Shown: positions 63,701-64,000 of the stretch, piece by piece
How positions within the stretch are numbered: the first letter of the stretch is position 1
Layout of the letters: each line of letters opens with the position of its first letter
DNA from: Felis catus
Lineage: Eukaryota
Length of the DNA: 64,000 bases
Direction of reading: 5' to 3'
Assembly (NCBI RefSeq): GCF_018350175.1
Contig: NC_058368.1
Coordinates: forward strand, 1,426,001 to 1,490,000
Position numbers and translations under genes: made by a program
The notes under the pieces: generated by a model
Database searches by the model: none
Told to the model about the DNA's origin: nothing
What the model saw: the letters and a program-made list of their open reading frames with translations, nothing else

Positions 63701-64000
63701 CAAAATTAGCAAGTGGCGGAACAGCACCCTTCTGCTCCCCTGACATCCACATTAAGGCACCGCCACGGCTAAGTGGAAATGCAAGCCATCCTTCTGGCCA
63801 GGTGCCCTGCCTGGCCCACTCTAGCTCACACCGCAACTTGTGGGTAGGACCCCTGGAAATTCACACTTCGATCGGACTTGTGCAGAGCTGCTGACACACA
63901 GACAACAAGGAACAGTATTCTTCCACCCGCCTGCTGATGCAGCACCCCGGAAGCCAGGACGCCAGCATCTGGGCCCACGTCTGCGCAAGGCATACTAGTG

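Noticed and set aside
50165..64000. Next upstream CRYL1 exon (VNPPYY..LNRLQYA)
   Set aside because: Not found on the minus strand by eye. Presumably beyond the window edge.

Overview
Mammalian genomic DNA from a feliform carnivore, probably a cat, judged by the dense feliform Can-SINEs and carnivore L1. The only intact protein-coding gene is the 3' part of CRYL1 (lambda-crystallin / L-gulonate 3-dehydrogenase) on the minus strand. It shows three GT-AG coding exons (50059-50164, 43335-43441, 42842-42955), a 3'UTR and an AATAAA at 42467-42472; its upstream exons lie beyond the right edge. By synteny the left side is the CRYL1-GJB6/GJB2 (DFNB1) intergenic interval. Main finding: the non-repeat DNA from about 35 kb down to about 1 kb on the minus strand translates, through many stops and frameshifts, into an ordered series of sacsin (SACS) SRR1-SRR2-SRR3 motifs. 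This points to a heavily decayed sacsin-like paralog fragmented by MIR, L2, L1, LTR and SINE insertions. The call rests on manual comparison with the human sacsin sequence as I recall it and needs tblastn/HMM confirmation. Other observations: two CpG islands with AT-to-GC-shifted SINEs, a perfect 58-bp palindrome, a local 100-bp duplication, nested L1s and a strong cryptic CRYL1 donor. Repeat boundaries and subfamily names are by eye and approximate.
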